Shown here in pieces: positions 8,494 through 18,383 of a stretch of 64,000 nt of DNA (the first letter of the stretch is position 1; each line of letters opens with the position of its first letter). The position numbers and the translations under genes were made by a program. Source of the stretch: Arcobacteraceae bacterium (GTDB taxonomy: Bacteria > Campylobacterota > Campylobacteria > Campylobacterales > Arcobacteraceae). The notes under the pieces were generated by a model. That model did no database searches. It saw only the letters and a program-made list of their open reading frames with translations, and was not told the origin of the DNA. The stretch spans positions 192,001 through 256,000 of the forward strand of contig CBDCZH010000015.1 of the NCBI GenBank assembly GCA_965224485.1, in the 5' to 3' direction.

Positions 8494-9495
8494 ATGACTC
8501 TGAGGTTTGCTACATTTAATCTTTTCCAATTTGCTGCTTATCCTTATTCTTATTACACAAAAAAAGGAAGGTTTTCCCAAGTAAAATGGAAAACAAAAAT
8601 CCTTTGGGTAGGTGAGCAAATAATTAAACTCAACTGTGATGTAATTGCTTTTCAAGAAGTTTTTTCTACTTATGAATTAGAAGAATTAGTAAAAAGCTTA
8701 GGTTTTAAATATTTTGCTACAGTTCAAGTTCCTAAGAAAAGTTTAACTAATGATAAAGTTTTTATTAGTACTACCGTTGCCCTTGCTTCAAAATATGAAA
8801 TTACAGATATTTCAACAGTTAAAGCTCATGGAAAAAGTTTAAAAGATTTAAATTTTAAAACACATTTTACCTTTGCTAGACTTCCTATTAAAGCTAAAAT
8901 TAAAATAAATGATAAAACATCTATTTTTGTTTATGTAGCTCATTTTAAATCAAATAGAGAAAATGAATTTGAGTATATTTTTTGTAAAAATGATTCTTTA
9001 GAGTATAAAAAAGAACAAAGTAAAAAAGCTCTTGATTTTGGAAAAGCACTCTCTTTAGAACAACGTTTGGCAGAAGCATCTTCACTTTTTTTTGACATGA
9101 AAAAAATTAAAGGTACACCAATAGTTTTTATGTGTGATTTAAATGATAAAGAGTTTTCTTTAGTACATGAAGCATTAAGAAATAAATCTTATTATACAAA
9201 TAAGAATACGAATGATTATCTTTTATATGATACCTATGATTTATATAAGAAAAAAGTTTATAATCCCCATCCTGAAGCAAAAGAGATCAAAAGAGCTGCT
9301 ACTTCATATTATCAAGGAAATGGAAATGTGTTAGATTATATTTTTGTTTCAAAACATTTTAAAAATGATTCAGCTAATAATATTTTTAAAATATCTTCTT
9401 ATGAAGTTTTTGATAGCCATATAAAAGAAAGTATAAAATCAAATCTTTTAAAAAGTGACCATGCTCAAGTAGTAATTGAGTGTGAATTATTATAA
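8494..9495 (+). CDS. Endonuclease/exonuclease/phosphatase family protein
   Basis: FATFNL, DVIAFQEV, HFKS, DLND, LDYIFVS, SDHAQV. Confidence 0.88.
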   Translation: MTLRFATFNLFQFAAYPYSYYTKKGRFSQVKWKTKILWVGEQIIKLNCDVIAFQEVFSTYELEELVKSLGFKYFATVQVPKKSLTNDKVFISTTVALASKYEITDISTVKAHGKSLKDLNFKTHFTFARLPIKAKIKINDKTSIFVYVAHFKSNRENEFEYIFCKNDSLEYKKEQSKKALDFGKALSLEQRLAEASSLFFDMKKIKGTPIVFMCDLNDKEFSLVHEALRNKSYYTNKNTNDYLLYDTYDLYKKKVYNPHPEAKEIKRAATSYYQGNGNVLDYIFVSKHFKNDSANNIFKISSYEVFDSHIKESIKSNLLKSDHAQVVIECELL

Positions 9496-9527
9496 ACACA
9501 CTCTTTTACTTAAAGAAATTTTATAAA

Positions 9528-9935
9528 TTATTTAACTGTTGATAATCCTTTATCAATCCAGCCATAATTAATACCACCTTTAAGTTCATAAACATTTTTA
9601 TATTTCATTTGTGAGCTTAACATTTTCCCAAGAACTTTTGATCTATTTGCATGAGCACAGATTAAAACAAAAGGCTGATTTTTAGTTTTTACGAATTTAC
9701 TAAATTCGCTCATCCATTTATCACCATCATATTTACCAAATTTATCAAAAAATGTTAATTTATGACTTCCTTTAATAGTTCCATATTGACTCCACTCATC
9801 AGCTCTTCTAATATCAATAACTACCGTACCTTTTTTTATAGCTTCTGCTAATTGTATCTCATCAACTTCTCTAAAATCTGCAAAAGCAGAACTAATCATT
9901 AGTAATATTATCAAAAAAATCTTTTTCATAAACAC
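9528..9935 (-). CDS. Exported single-domain rhodanese-like protein
   Basis: Signal peptide (MKKIFL...SAFA), VIDIRRADEW, LICAHANRS active-site loop, ELKGGI. Confidence 0.88.
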   Translation of the reverse strand: MFMKKIFLIILLMISSAFADFREVDEIQLAEAIKKGTVVIDIRRADEWSQYGTIKGSHKLTFFDKFGKYDGDKWMSEFSKFVKTKNQPFVLICAHANRSKVLGKMLSSQMKYKNVYELKGGINYGWIDKGLSTVK

Positions 9936-10091
9936 TTCCTTATATAAGATAATCTTATTATACTATATTTTTTTTTAAACTTTGAAGGAAATTATTTAAA
10001 GAATTAGCAAAATTTCATTTTGAGTGTTACACCATTTATAGAAGCAATTATTTTATTAGAAGATAATAACCCAATTGTAGATATAAATAGT

Positions 10092-10120
10092 ATATAAAAA
10101 GAGGTTTCCTCTTTTTATAT
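10092..10120. terminator. Intrinsic terminator downstream of the DUF1641-like gene
   Basis: ATATAAAAAGAGG-TTT-CCTCTTTTTATAT perfect hairpin. Confidence 0.75.
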
Positions 10121-10121
10121 T

Positions 10122-10478
10122 TTAAAGTTGTTTTCCAATACCTTTTGTAAGATTTAACATAAAAGCTAAACCTCTTCTTGTATCTTCATCTTTCATAAGT
10201 TTTAATAAACCGAATAAAGATGGAACTTCATTTTTAGCATTCTCTCTTTTTGCATGACGTATAGCATTCTCAGTTATAAAACTAGCTGTTGCCATATTAT
10301 CAATAGAGGTAACCATTTTTTCAACCATAGGTGTAGTAGTCATCTCAATTTGATCTGAAACTACAGCTAATAAATCAACTAAATTATCTAATCTTCCAGT
10401 TTGAACCAACATTGTCATTTGGTCTTCAATCTTTTGCATTTCTGCTGTTTTTATTACTTTTACTTCTTCACTCATCAT
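10122..10478 (-). CDS. DUF1641-like small helical protein (partner of SQR-like enzyme)
   Basis: C-terminal PSLFGLLKLMKDEDTRRGLAFMLNLTKGIG motif. Confidence 0.8.
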   Translation of the reverse strand: MMSEEVKVIKTAEMQKIEDQMTMLVQTGRLDNLVDLLAVVSDQIEMTTTPMVEKMVTSIDNMATASFITENAIRHAKRENAKNEVPSLFGLLKLMKDEDTRRGLAFMLNLTKGIGKQL

Positions 10479-10484
10479 TATCTC

Positions 10485-11672
10485 CTATAACATTCCACGA
10501 GCTGCTGCCCAATATAAACCTTTGTTAAAACCTAATCTAACAAAACTTCCTAACTTACTACAAGGTGTTGGTTTAACATCTTCTTCATAGTCATACCATA
10601 AAGGCATTCCACAAGAAAGACCCATTTGAGCTACTGCAATCACTTTTCCATCATAAGACTCAGTTGGATAGCCATATCTAAGCTCAGCTGCAATATTATC
10701 AGCAACTACATCAGTTTGATTATGAATTGTACCCCCAGCTTTTGAAACAGATAAATCAACAGTATCTCCTAATGTATAAATATTATCACTTCCAATTACT
10801 TTTAGACTCTGTTTATCAGTTGGCAACCACCCCTCATCATCAAGTGCTTTTGATAAACCAGAATCTCTAATTACTTTTGCAGCAATAAAAGGAGGAGTTG
10901 ACATTAAAATATCAAACTCCATCTCTTCACCCTCTTGTGAATAAGCTATTTTTTTTACTGGATCTACTTTATTTAAAGTAAAAGATGTTTTATATTTAAC
11001 ATTAATACTATCAAAAATAGAAGGAAGAACATTTGAAGTTGGAGTTTGCAAAAACAGTCCATTAGTTACAGATTGCGCTTCTTTGGGATAAGTATAAATA
11101 ATCTCAATATCATCTCTGACACCTTTTTCAGTTAAATAGTCATGTAACATCATTGTAGTTTCAACAGGTGCAATTCCACATTGATGAGGAATATTTGGAG
11201 TTTTTGGAAAGTTAATAGTAACTAAAACTCTTCCTTTTTTCAACTTTGCAAATTTCTTAGCAATTTTTTTTGCCCCCTCATAACTATAGAACCAATCTCC
11301 CCCTTCTTGTAAACCGGGAATTCTATCAGCCGCTACTTCACACCCTGTTGCTAGTACTAAATAATCATATTCATATTTTTTACCACTTTTTGTTATTACA
11401 TGATTTTCTTTTGATTTAATTTCAATAGCAGCATCTACAAAAAAATCAATCTCTGGCATAAGTAGAGTTCTTTGATCTCTAATAAACTCATTTCCATCTG
11501 ACTTGTGAAAAGCCACATACATAGCCCCTGGTTTATATACATGTTTTGCGGAATCTGAAATCATTGTAATTTTAATTTCATTTTTGTCAATTTCTGGCAT
11601 TAATTTTTTAGTTAAATTATTTGCAGTCATTGTTCCAGCAGTACCACCACCAACAATAAGAATATTCTTCAT
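10485..11672 (-). CDS. Sulfide:quinone oxidoreductase-like FAD-dependent oxidoreductase (type III-like)
   Basis: ILIVGGGTAG Rossmann motif, HVYKPG, YDYLVLATG, QCGIAPVE, LGD..DLSVSKAG, YDGK; ~395 aa; adjacent DUF1641-like gene. Confidence 0.8.
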   Translation of the reverse strand: MKNILIVGGGTAGTMTANNLTKKLMPEIDKNEIKITMISDSAKHVYKPGAMYVAFHKSDGNEFIRDQRTLLMPEIDFFVDAAIEIKSKENHVITKSGKKYEYDYLVLATGCEVAADRIPGLQEGGDWFYSYEGAKKIAKKFAKLKKGRVLVTINFPKTPNIPHQCGIAPVETTMMLHDYLTEKGVRDDIEIIYTYPKEAQSVTNGLFLQTPTSNVLPSIFDSINVKYKTSFTLNKVDPVKKIAYSQEGEEMEFDILMSTPPFIAAKVIRDSGLSKALDDEGWLPTDKQSLKVIGSDNIYTLGDTVDLSVSKAGGTIHNQTDVVADNIAAELRYGYPTESYDGKVIAVAQMGLSCGMPLWYDYEEDVKPTPCSKLGSFVRLGFNKGLYWAAARGML

Positions 11673-11764
11673 TCGTTCTCCTTAATATTTTATATAAATA
11701 TTGTAACTAAGGTAAACAAGTTTAAAATAAGGGATATATAAAATTAATATAAGGTTTTAAAGTT

Positions 11765-12445
11765 CTAAAGGTTTATTTTGTAACCTAAACCTTTTAAATT
11801 CTGTATTAAAGAAGAGTATGTTTTTTTTCTAAGTCCAACTATAACCATTCTCATGGCATCTGCAGTTGTATCTTCTTGCCAAATAACTTCTTCTATTAGT
11901 TCTAAAGTTACAAAAGTATCTCTATTTTTTAATAATAATTCTAAAAGTAAAAGTTCTTTTTTTGTTAAAGTTACTAAAGTATTATCTTTATAAAGAGTTT
12001 TTAATGAACTATCAAAGATAAAAGATTCTTTCAAATCAACTCTATTTTTAATAACCTCTTTTGTGAAAACATAAGAGCTAATTGCAAAAAGCAATTCATC
12101 TATATCAAGAGGTTTTTTTAGATATAAATGCACTCCTGCTTCAACTGCTTTATTAATATAAGGACTACTATTAAAGGCTGTCATAACAATTCTAAAAGTA
12201 GTAACATCAAGACTTTTTATTTTTTGTAAAAAAGTTAAGCCATCAATATCAGGCATTTGAATATCTGCTAGAACTATATTAGTTGGAGTTTTTTTAAAAA
12301 TATTCAAACCTTCAATTGCATCACAAGCAGAATAAACTTCTCTAAAATAGATAGATAAAACCCTTTTTAGCCATTTTAAAGTACTCACATCATCTTCTAC
12401 AATTAAAATTGTTTTTGTTTCAAGTTTAGAATAAATAGCATCCAT
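11765..12445 (-). CDS. OmpR-family response regulator
   Basis: ILIVEDD, DIQMPDIDG, LTKKE..LLELL, GLGYKI winged helix. Confidence 0.92.
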   Translation of the reverse strand: MDAIYSKLETKTILIVEDDVSTLKWLKRVLSIYFREVYSACDAIEGLNIFKKTPTNIVLADIQMPDIDGLTFLQKIKSLDVTTFRIVMTAFNSSPYINKAVEAGVHLYLKKPLDIDELLFAISSYVFTKEVIKNRVDLKESFIFDSSLKTLYKDNTLVTLTKKELLLLELLLKNRDTFVTLELIEEVIWQEDTTADAMRMVIVGLRKKTYSSLIQNLKGLGYKINL

Positions 12446-13914
12446 TAAATCAGCCCCTTAAAACTAATAGAAAATTTAGCTCCATCTTTATGATTTTTTA
12501 TACTAAGTCTACCTTTCATATGGTGTTCAATTATAACTTTTGACATATATAATCCAATACCGCTACCATTCTCTCTTGTAGTAAAATAAGGATCAAATAT
12601 TTTAGAAATATTCTCTTTTTTTATTCCTCCACCATTATCGATAATATCAATATTTATTAATTGATTATCTACTTTAACACAAATACCAATAGCGCCTCTT
12701 TCTCTTTTTTTAATTATTATTGCCATCATTGAATTATGAACTATATTCATCATAACTTGCCTAAACTCATTTGAAAAACCAAGAACTCTTATATCTTCTT
12801 TAATCTTTGACTCTATTTTTACCTCAATATTATTTATCTTTAATTGAACATCAATAAGCCGTATAGCCTCTTTTATATTTGTAAATAAATCAAAGGTTTC
12901 TTTCTTTTTAGAGAGTCTAAAAAAAGTACTAAAATCATCAATTGTTTGAGACATATAATTAACTTTTTCCATAATTTCACTCTCTATTTCCAACAAAGTC
13001 TCTTTTTTTAAACTCTCTTTTTTACTGATATGTTTTAAGCCTTGAACTATAATTCCTAATCCATTTAAGGGTTGTCTCCACTGATGAGCAATTGAGTCAA
13101 TCATCTCACCCATTGCAGCAAGTCTTGATTGATGGCACATTATTTCATGCTGCTGTCTTCTTTTTTCAACTTCAAGTTCAACTTGTTTTTTAAGTTCCTC
13201 TTGATACTTTATATCATCAGTTATATCAGAAGTAATCATAAGTATTTTACCACTACTTTTAAGATAACTAAGAGACATACTAGCATTCATATGTTCTCCA
13301 CTTTTAGAGATACAAACTTTTCTAAAGTTTACTACACTTCCTTCTCTTATTGCAGTTTCAACAGCAGTTTCAGAGGGTTTTTTAAACTCTTTTGAGGATA
13401 AAGATATACAAGACTCTTTATACAACTCTTCCATTGTATATCCCATCATTTCTTGAAAAAAGTTATTTGCATATAAAAACATACCTTTTTTATCTAAAAT
13501 AGAGATTCCATTAGCCGCAAGATCAAAAAATGCCTGCTGTTCCTCTTTTTTAGATACCAAATCATGTATACTTTTATTGAATTCTATTTCAACTTTTGAG
13601 TACTTTGTTATATCAAATAAATAAAGGGCTTTGTTTTTGGAGCCTTCAATCTCTTGAATGCTAACTTCAAAATTAATATCTTGCCAGATTAAATTTACTG
13701 AGTCGGTTATTTTTAATAATAAACTTTTTAAAAAAGAGTAATTTATTTTAGAAAAGAGCTTGGTTAAGTTTTTATTATCTACTTCAATATTAAAAGAAGA
13801 TAATTGTTTTCCGCAACTTTCAATAACTTTTTGTTTTTCATCTATAAGTAAAATTATTGTTTTTGGAATTTCATTTAGTGAAAAGAGTTTAGAATTTTTA
13901 GATAGCATATACAC
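12445..13914 (-). CDS. Cytoplasmic PAS-domain sensor histidine kinase
   Basis: PAS (ANNFFQEMMGYT..EL), H-box IAHQWRQPL, DNGGGI, FDPYFTT, GSGIGLYM; no obvious transmembrane segment. Confidence 0.92.
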   Translation of the reverse strand: MYMLSKNSKLFSLNEIPKTIILLIDEKQKVIESCGKQLSSFNIEVDNKNLTKLFSKINYSFLKSLLLKITDSVNLIWQDINFEVSIQEIEGSKNKALYLFDITKYSKVEIEFNKSIHDLVSKKEEQQAFFDLAANGISILDKKGMFLYANNFFQEMMGYTMEELYKESCISLSSKEFKKPSETAVETAIREGSVVNFRKVCISKSGEHMNASMSLSYLKSSGKILMITSDITDDIKYQEELKKQVELEVEKRRQQHEIMCHQSRLAAMGEMIDSIAHQWRQPLNGLGIIVQGLKHISKKESLKKETLLEIESEIMEKVNYMSQTIDDFSTFFRLSKKKETFDLFTNIKEAIRLIDVQLKINNIEVKIESKIKEDIRVLGFSNEFRQVMMNIVHNSMMAIIIKKRERGAIGICVKVDNQLINIDIIDNGGGIKKENISKIFDPYFTTRENGSGIGLYMSKVIIEHHMKGRLSIKNHKDGAKFSISFKGLI

Positions 13915-13990
13915 TCCATAATTATATAAAAATCTTCTTCCTTTTATAGGATAATCTTAGCATACTATATATTAGATTTATTTTAAAGTA

Positions 13991-14437
13991 TTATTTTCTA
14001 CTTTGGAAGAATTTATTTAAAGAATTAGCAAAATTTTGTATATCTTTTTTATTAAAAGCTTTAGGCCCTTTAGTAAGCTCTCCACTATCTCTTATTTCTT
14101 GCATTAGGTTTCTTATTGATAAATACTGTTTGATATTATCTTTCGTATATAACTCTCCTCTATGATCTAAAGCATGAGCATTTTTAGAAATTATTCTATC
14201 TGCAAGAGGAATATCAGCTGTTATAACTAAATCACCCTCTTGTACAAGTTTTACAATTTGATCATCAGCCTCATCTGCACCTAATGTAACAATTTGATAA
14301 CTTATATTTTTAGCTGTTCCTATATCTATTTTTTTATTAGCTATTACAGTAGTTTTTAAATCAAGTTTTGTAATAGCCTTAAATAAAATAGTTTTTAAAG
14401 CATTTGGAAAAGCATCTCCATCAACATAAATTATCAT
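13991..14437 (-). CDS. YaiI/YqxD family protein
   Basis: IYVDGDAFP, ADDQIV, GDLVITADIPLA. Confidence 0.9.
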   Translation of the reverse strand: MIIYVDGDAFPNALKTILFKAITKLDLKTTVIANKKIDIGTAKNISYQIVTLGADEADDQIVKLVQEGDLVITADIPLADRIISKNAHALDHRGELYTKDNIKQYLSIRNLMQEIRDSGELTKGPKAFNKKDIQNFANSLNKFFQSRK

Positions 14438-14632
14438 CTAAAAACCTTGAACTCTTCCTACATCGCCAGATTCTAAACGAACTTTTATTCCCCTAGCATG
14501 ATATTTTGAACTTGTTAAAAGATTTTGTACAACGCCAACAACTCTTTTATTAGTTCTTTGATCTTTTTTTAAAACAATACTAACTTTTAAACCAATTGTA
14601 ATATCATCTCTTTCTCTATGATCTCGAATCAT
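14438..14632 (-). CDS. YwbE family small protein
   Basis: VSIVLKKDQRT...LLTSSKYHARGIKVRLESGDVGRVQ. Confidence 0.88.
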   Translation of the reverse strand: MIRDHRERDDITIGLKVSIVLKKDQRTNKRVVGVVQNLLTSSKYHARGIKVRLESGDVGRVQGF

Positions 14633-15151
14633 TTATGAATTCTTATATGCTAAAACTTCTTTTGCAAAATCAATATTATAGAAAAAAATGATTTTAAAAA
14701 GTAAAGAAACTTTAGTCTTTTTATTTTCACTAGAATCTAAAATATTAAATGAAAAACCTTTTACTTCATCTTCCTTAGCAGAAAAAACTCTAATTTCTAT
14801 TGGTTGAAGTGTTCTCATCATATTCATACAAGATTTATAATCTTTAGGATTTAAGCCCTTAATCATATCGCCATCTCTTTCTTCTTTTTGCATAGAAGAA
14901 AATAATAAATCATAAGTCTCTTTATAAATACTTTTACCCCAAGCTAGTTTTACATCTTTACAAGAAGCTTTTGCTTCTTTATTTAATAAAGGATTTGGTT
15001 TAGCACTTTTAACATACTCAACAAGCTGCAAAAAAGAGTTAACTCCACCTATTTTATTTGCATAAGATGTAATTTCTTTATTCAAGTCTTCTTTTTGTTT
15101 ATTATCTAAATCATTAAAATTCATAAATCTCCAATTGTTTATTTTTGCCAT
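14633..15151 (-). CDS. Hypothetical protein
   Basis: 172-aa ORF abutting the YwbE-family gene; start may be the ATG at 15124. Confidence 0.7.
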   Translation of the reverse strand: MAKINNWRFMNFNDLDNKQKEDLNKEITSYANKIGGVNSFLQLVEYVKSAKPNPLLNKEAKASCKDVKLAWGKSIYKETYDLLFSSMQKEERDGDMIKGLNPKDYKSCMNMMRTLQPIEIRVFSAKEDEVKGFSFNILDSSENKKTKVSLLFKIIFFYNIDFAKEVLAYKNS

Positions 15152-15299
15152 TATAGCTAAAAATTTAGTTCTTTTTCTATTTTACTCTTCGAATATTCTA
15201 TCAATGCAATAAAAAAGAAAAAACAATATTTTGAACAAATATCATTGTTAAAATAAAACAGATAACTACAAAAGTAAATAAAAATATTCTTTTCATTTC

Positions 15300-15995
15300 T
15301 TAAGACTCTAGGGCAAAAGAAACTGCACTTAAGGCATGAATCTTTGTTGTATCATATAAAGCTAAGTCAGTATCTTCTTGTTTTATTAACATAGTGATTT
15401 CTGTACAGCCTAAAATAACAGCTTCAGCTCCTTTTTCTTTTAAAGAATTTATAATTTTTATATACTCATTTTTTGATTCTTTTTTAACAATACCTAAACA
15501 AAGTTCTTCATATATTATTTTATGAATAAGCTCTTGAGATTTATTATTAGGAGTAAGTATTTCTATATTATAATTATCTTCAATTCTTTTTTTATAAAAA
15601 TCTTCACTCATAGTAAATTTTGTACCCAAAAGTGCCACTTTGCGAAAAGAGTCTTCTTGAAGTTTTAAAGCTGTAACATCTGCGATATGCAAAACTGGTA
15701 TTTTGATCTGTTTTTCTATTAAAGGAAGAACTTTATGCATGGTATTTGTACATATAATTAAAAAATCTGCTTTTGCTTTTTCTAGGTTTTGTATCTCAAT
15801 TAATAAAATATTGGCTAATTTACTCCACTGTTCTTTGTGTTGTAGTTTTTCTATTTCATCAAAATCTACACTTGCAAGAATTATTTTGGCACTATGTAAA
15901 GAACCAAGTTTTGCTCTTATTTCTTCATTAATCTCTTTATAATATAAAGCTGTACTTTCCCAAGACATTCCACCTAACATTCCTATTTTTTTCAT
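15300..15995 (-). CDS. Aspartate/glutamate racemase family (YgeA/RacX-like)
   Basis: KKIGMLGGMSWEST, ICTNTMH, ILGCTEI; ATGA overlap with the LysE gene stop. Confidence 0.92.
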   Translation of the reverse strand: MKKIGMLGGMSWESTALYYKEINEEIRAKLGSLHSAKIILASVDFDEIEKLQHKEQWSKLANILLIEIQNLEKAKADFLIICTNTMHKVLPLIEKQIKIPVLHIADVTALKLQEDSFRKVALLGTKFTMSEDFYKKRIEDNYNIEILTPNNKSQELIHKIIYEELCLGIVKKESKNEYIKIINSLKEKGAEAVILGCTEITMLIKQEDTDLALYDTTKIHALSAVSFALES

Positions 15996-16627
15996 ACAGA
16001 ACTCCATGCTAATTTTATACCAAAAGATATAAATAAAAAACCAACAACTTTTTTTATATATTTTGTTAAATATTTGGAAAAAGTAATTTTAGTTCTTAGA
16101 TGTAAAGAAGTATAAGCAGTAAGTATGCTTATAATAGTAGCTACAAAAATAAAAACTAATCCTAAGATTAATAAAGCCATACTTTTATTTAAAGAGTCTT
16201 TATTAATAAACTGTGGTAAAAATGTTATAAAAAATAGCGCAACCTTTGGATTAAGAATATTTATTAAAATGCCGTTAAAAAATATTTTCTTTAAATCATT
16301 TTTGGAGTTTGCATTTTCAAGATTTTTAACATTTTTAGAATCTTTAGAAAGTAACATACTAATACCTAAATAAATCAAATATCCTACACCTAAATATTTA
16401 ACAAACATAAATGCCATAGGTGAAGCTTGAAGAAGTGCAGAGAAACCAAGAACGGCAAGAAAAACATGAAATAAACAACCCATACTTATACCAAAACTAG
16501 CAATAACACCACTTTTAAACCCTTTATTTATGGTATTATTTAATATATATAACATATCAACACCAGGAGTAATATTTAAAAGCATACCAGCAAATATAAA
16601 TAAATACAAATCTGTAATACCATACAT
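15992..16627 (-). CDS. LysE/RhtB family amino-acid exporter
   Basis: LNITPGVD, NILNPKVALFFITFLPQF. Confidence 0.92.
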   Translation of the reverse strand: MYGITDLYLFIFAGMLLNITPGVDMLYILNNTINKGFKSGVIASFGISMGCLFHVFLAVLGFSALLQASPMAFMFVKYLGVGYLIYLGISMLLSKDSKNVKNLENANSKNDLKKIFFNGILINILNPKVALFFITFLPQFINKDSLNKSMALLILGLVFIFVATIISILTAYTSLHLRTKITFSKYLTKYIKKVVGFLFISFGIKLAWSSV

Positions 16628-16628
16628 T

Positions 16629-17186
16629 TTATTTTACACTTATACTTGTATCATAAGCAAGTTCATAAAAGCTGTTATTATTGAACGTAAACTCATGTAT
16701 AACTTCAAGCTTAAGTTTTCTTACATGAGCCTCATATGATCTTTTATTAACTTTATTTATAAATGTAATTAAAATAGGATATTTTTTATTCATTTCTTCT
16801 CTTGCATATTCAAACAAAGATTTAAAAGCATCTGTTCCTCTACACTCTTTTGAAACACAAATAGGTCCATATTGATAAGAGTTTTCCATATTAAGTTTAA
16901 GACCATTAAATTCTAAGTCTTCTAAAAAAGATGCCATATATTCAAACATTGGCCAAGCTATCCAGTACTGCCAAGAAGCACACATGAGATAGGCTTGAAC
17001 TTTTTTATTTATTAAAACAATAAATACGCCATTTAGCTCAATTAACTCTTGTATTTGTTCTTTTAAGAAAGGAGTTGTAACAAAACCATCAGCTTTTTCA
17101 TTATCTTTTAAATTTGATACTAAGTTTTTTTCTTGAAGGTCTAAAATACCTTCAATATCAGCAGTTTTTGCAAGTGTTATTTCCAT
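16629..17186 (-). CDS. GNAT-family N-acetyltransferase
   Basis: YQYGPICVSKECRGT, TFINKVNKRSYEAH. Confidence 0.75.
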   Translation of the reverse strand: MEITLAKTADIEGILDLQEKNLVSNLKDNEKADGFVTTPFLKEQIQELIELNGVFIVLINKKVQAYLMCASWQYWIAWPMFEYMASFLEDLEFNGLKLNMENSYQYGPICVSKECRGTDAFKSLFEYAREEMNKKYPILITFINKVNKRSYEAHVRKLKLEVIHEFTFNNNSFYELAYDTSISVK

Positions 17187-17601
17187 GATAATCCTAAAAT
17201 ACTATTTAAAAGTAGTTTCAATAGTTTGTAATTTTATTATAATAAATTATATCAAAAACTACTATATATATAATAATAAACTAGCTAATAAAATCATCTT
17301 TTTATTATTCATGGGTTAAATCAATTTATACTGATGCCTTAAAACAAGGTAAAAACATGGGTAATATAAAAATTACCCCGATTATATATCTAGTTAAAGG
17401 CAAAAATTTATAACATATTCTTGATTTTAAATAGATACTTATAAAATAATTTTATAGTATCAAATAATAAAATAAAATCTTTAAGATATAAGTGAAGTAT
17501 ACACTGCTCTTATATCTTTTATAAAACTTTTACAATATTCTATTATACAAGATGAGTGTACACTCTGAAATTAGACTTTCTTATCCACTTAATACTAATT
17601 T

Positions 17602-18057
17602 TTACTTAAGAGATAAACCCTTTTTTTGCTTTTCTTTTAAAGCAGCCTCATCAGTTTTTTTAATGAAATTATCTACAATGATTTCAGCTTCAGCTGGTGT
17701 TGGAATATAGTATGGAATCATTATTGAAAAAATATTTTTAATAAAATTAAACAAACTAATAGACGATTCATTTCTTTTTTTAATTTCTTCTTCTATTTTT
17801 TTTCTTGGACTCTCTTCTATATCATTATTTTTAAGTTTAAGTTCATTATCCTTAAATATAAGACTTATTAAGGAATTACATCCTTCAAGTTTTTTTAAAA
17901 CTTCATTATTATTGTTTTCACTTTGAGATAAAGGTTTAGTTAAATCTAAGTTTAATATTTTTAAGGTATCTTCATCAAAATAGTTTTCTATATTATTTTC
18001 ACTTATTTTCAGTATAAAGAAATTGTTATCGCTTTTGAATACCTCTAATATTTTCAT
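17602..18057 (-). CDS. Hypothetical protein (orphan-like)
   Basis: 151-aa ORF with AAGGA RBS upstream; no recognised motif. Confidence 0.6.
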   Translation of the reverse strand: MKILEVFKSDNNFFILKISENNIENYFDEDTLKILNLDLTKPLSQSENNNNEVLKKLEGCNSLISLIFKDNELKLKNNDIEESPRKKIEEEIKKRNESSISLFNFIKNIFSIMIPYYIPTPAEAEIIVDNFIKKTDEAALKEKQKKGLSLK

Positions 18058-18383
18058 TTTTTTATCCTTACAGAGAATTTTTTAATCATTATTATACAAT
18101 GGAAACTAAAAAGAGAAGATTACATTAGTAGAAATATAACATAAAATCTAAATTTCTTTTTTTATGTAAGAATCCCCTATTTATAAACAACTACTCTTCT
18201 AATTGCTCTTGCATCATTAAACTAACTAAGCTAAATACTTTTCATAAACTTTCTCTTGCAAAGATGAAATAAAATCACCCACATAGCCCATACCATAGAC
18301 CTTCTTTTCTCTACTGTCTTCATTTATATTTTTAAGCATAAATAATCAATGAATTTAAAAAGCATAAGAGTTCTATATAAGTA

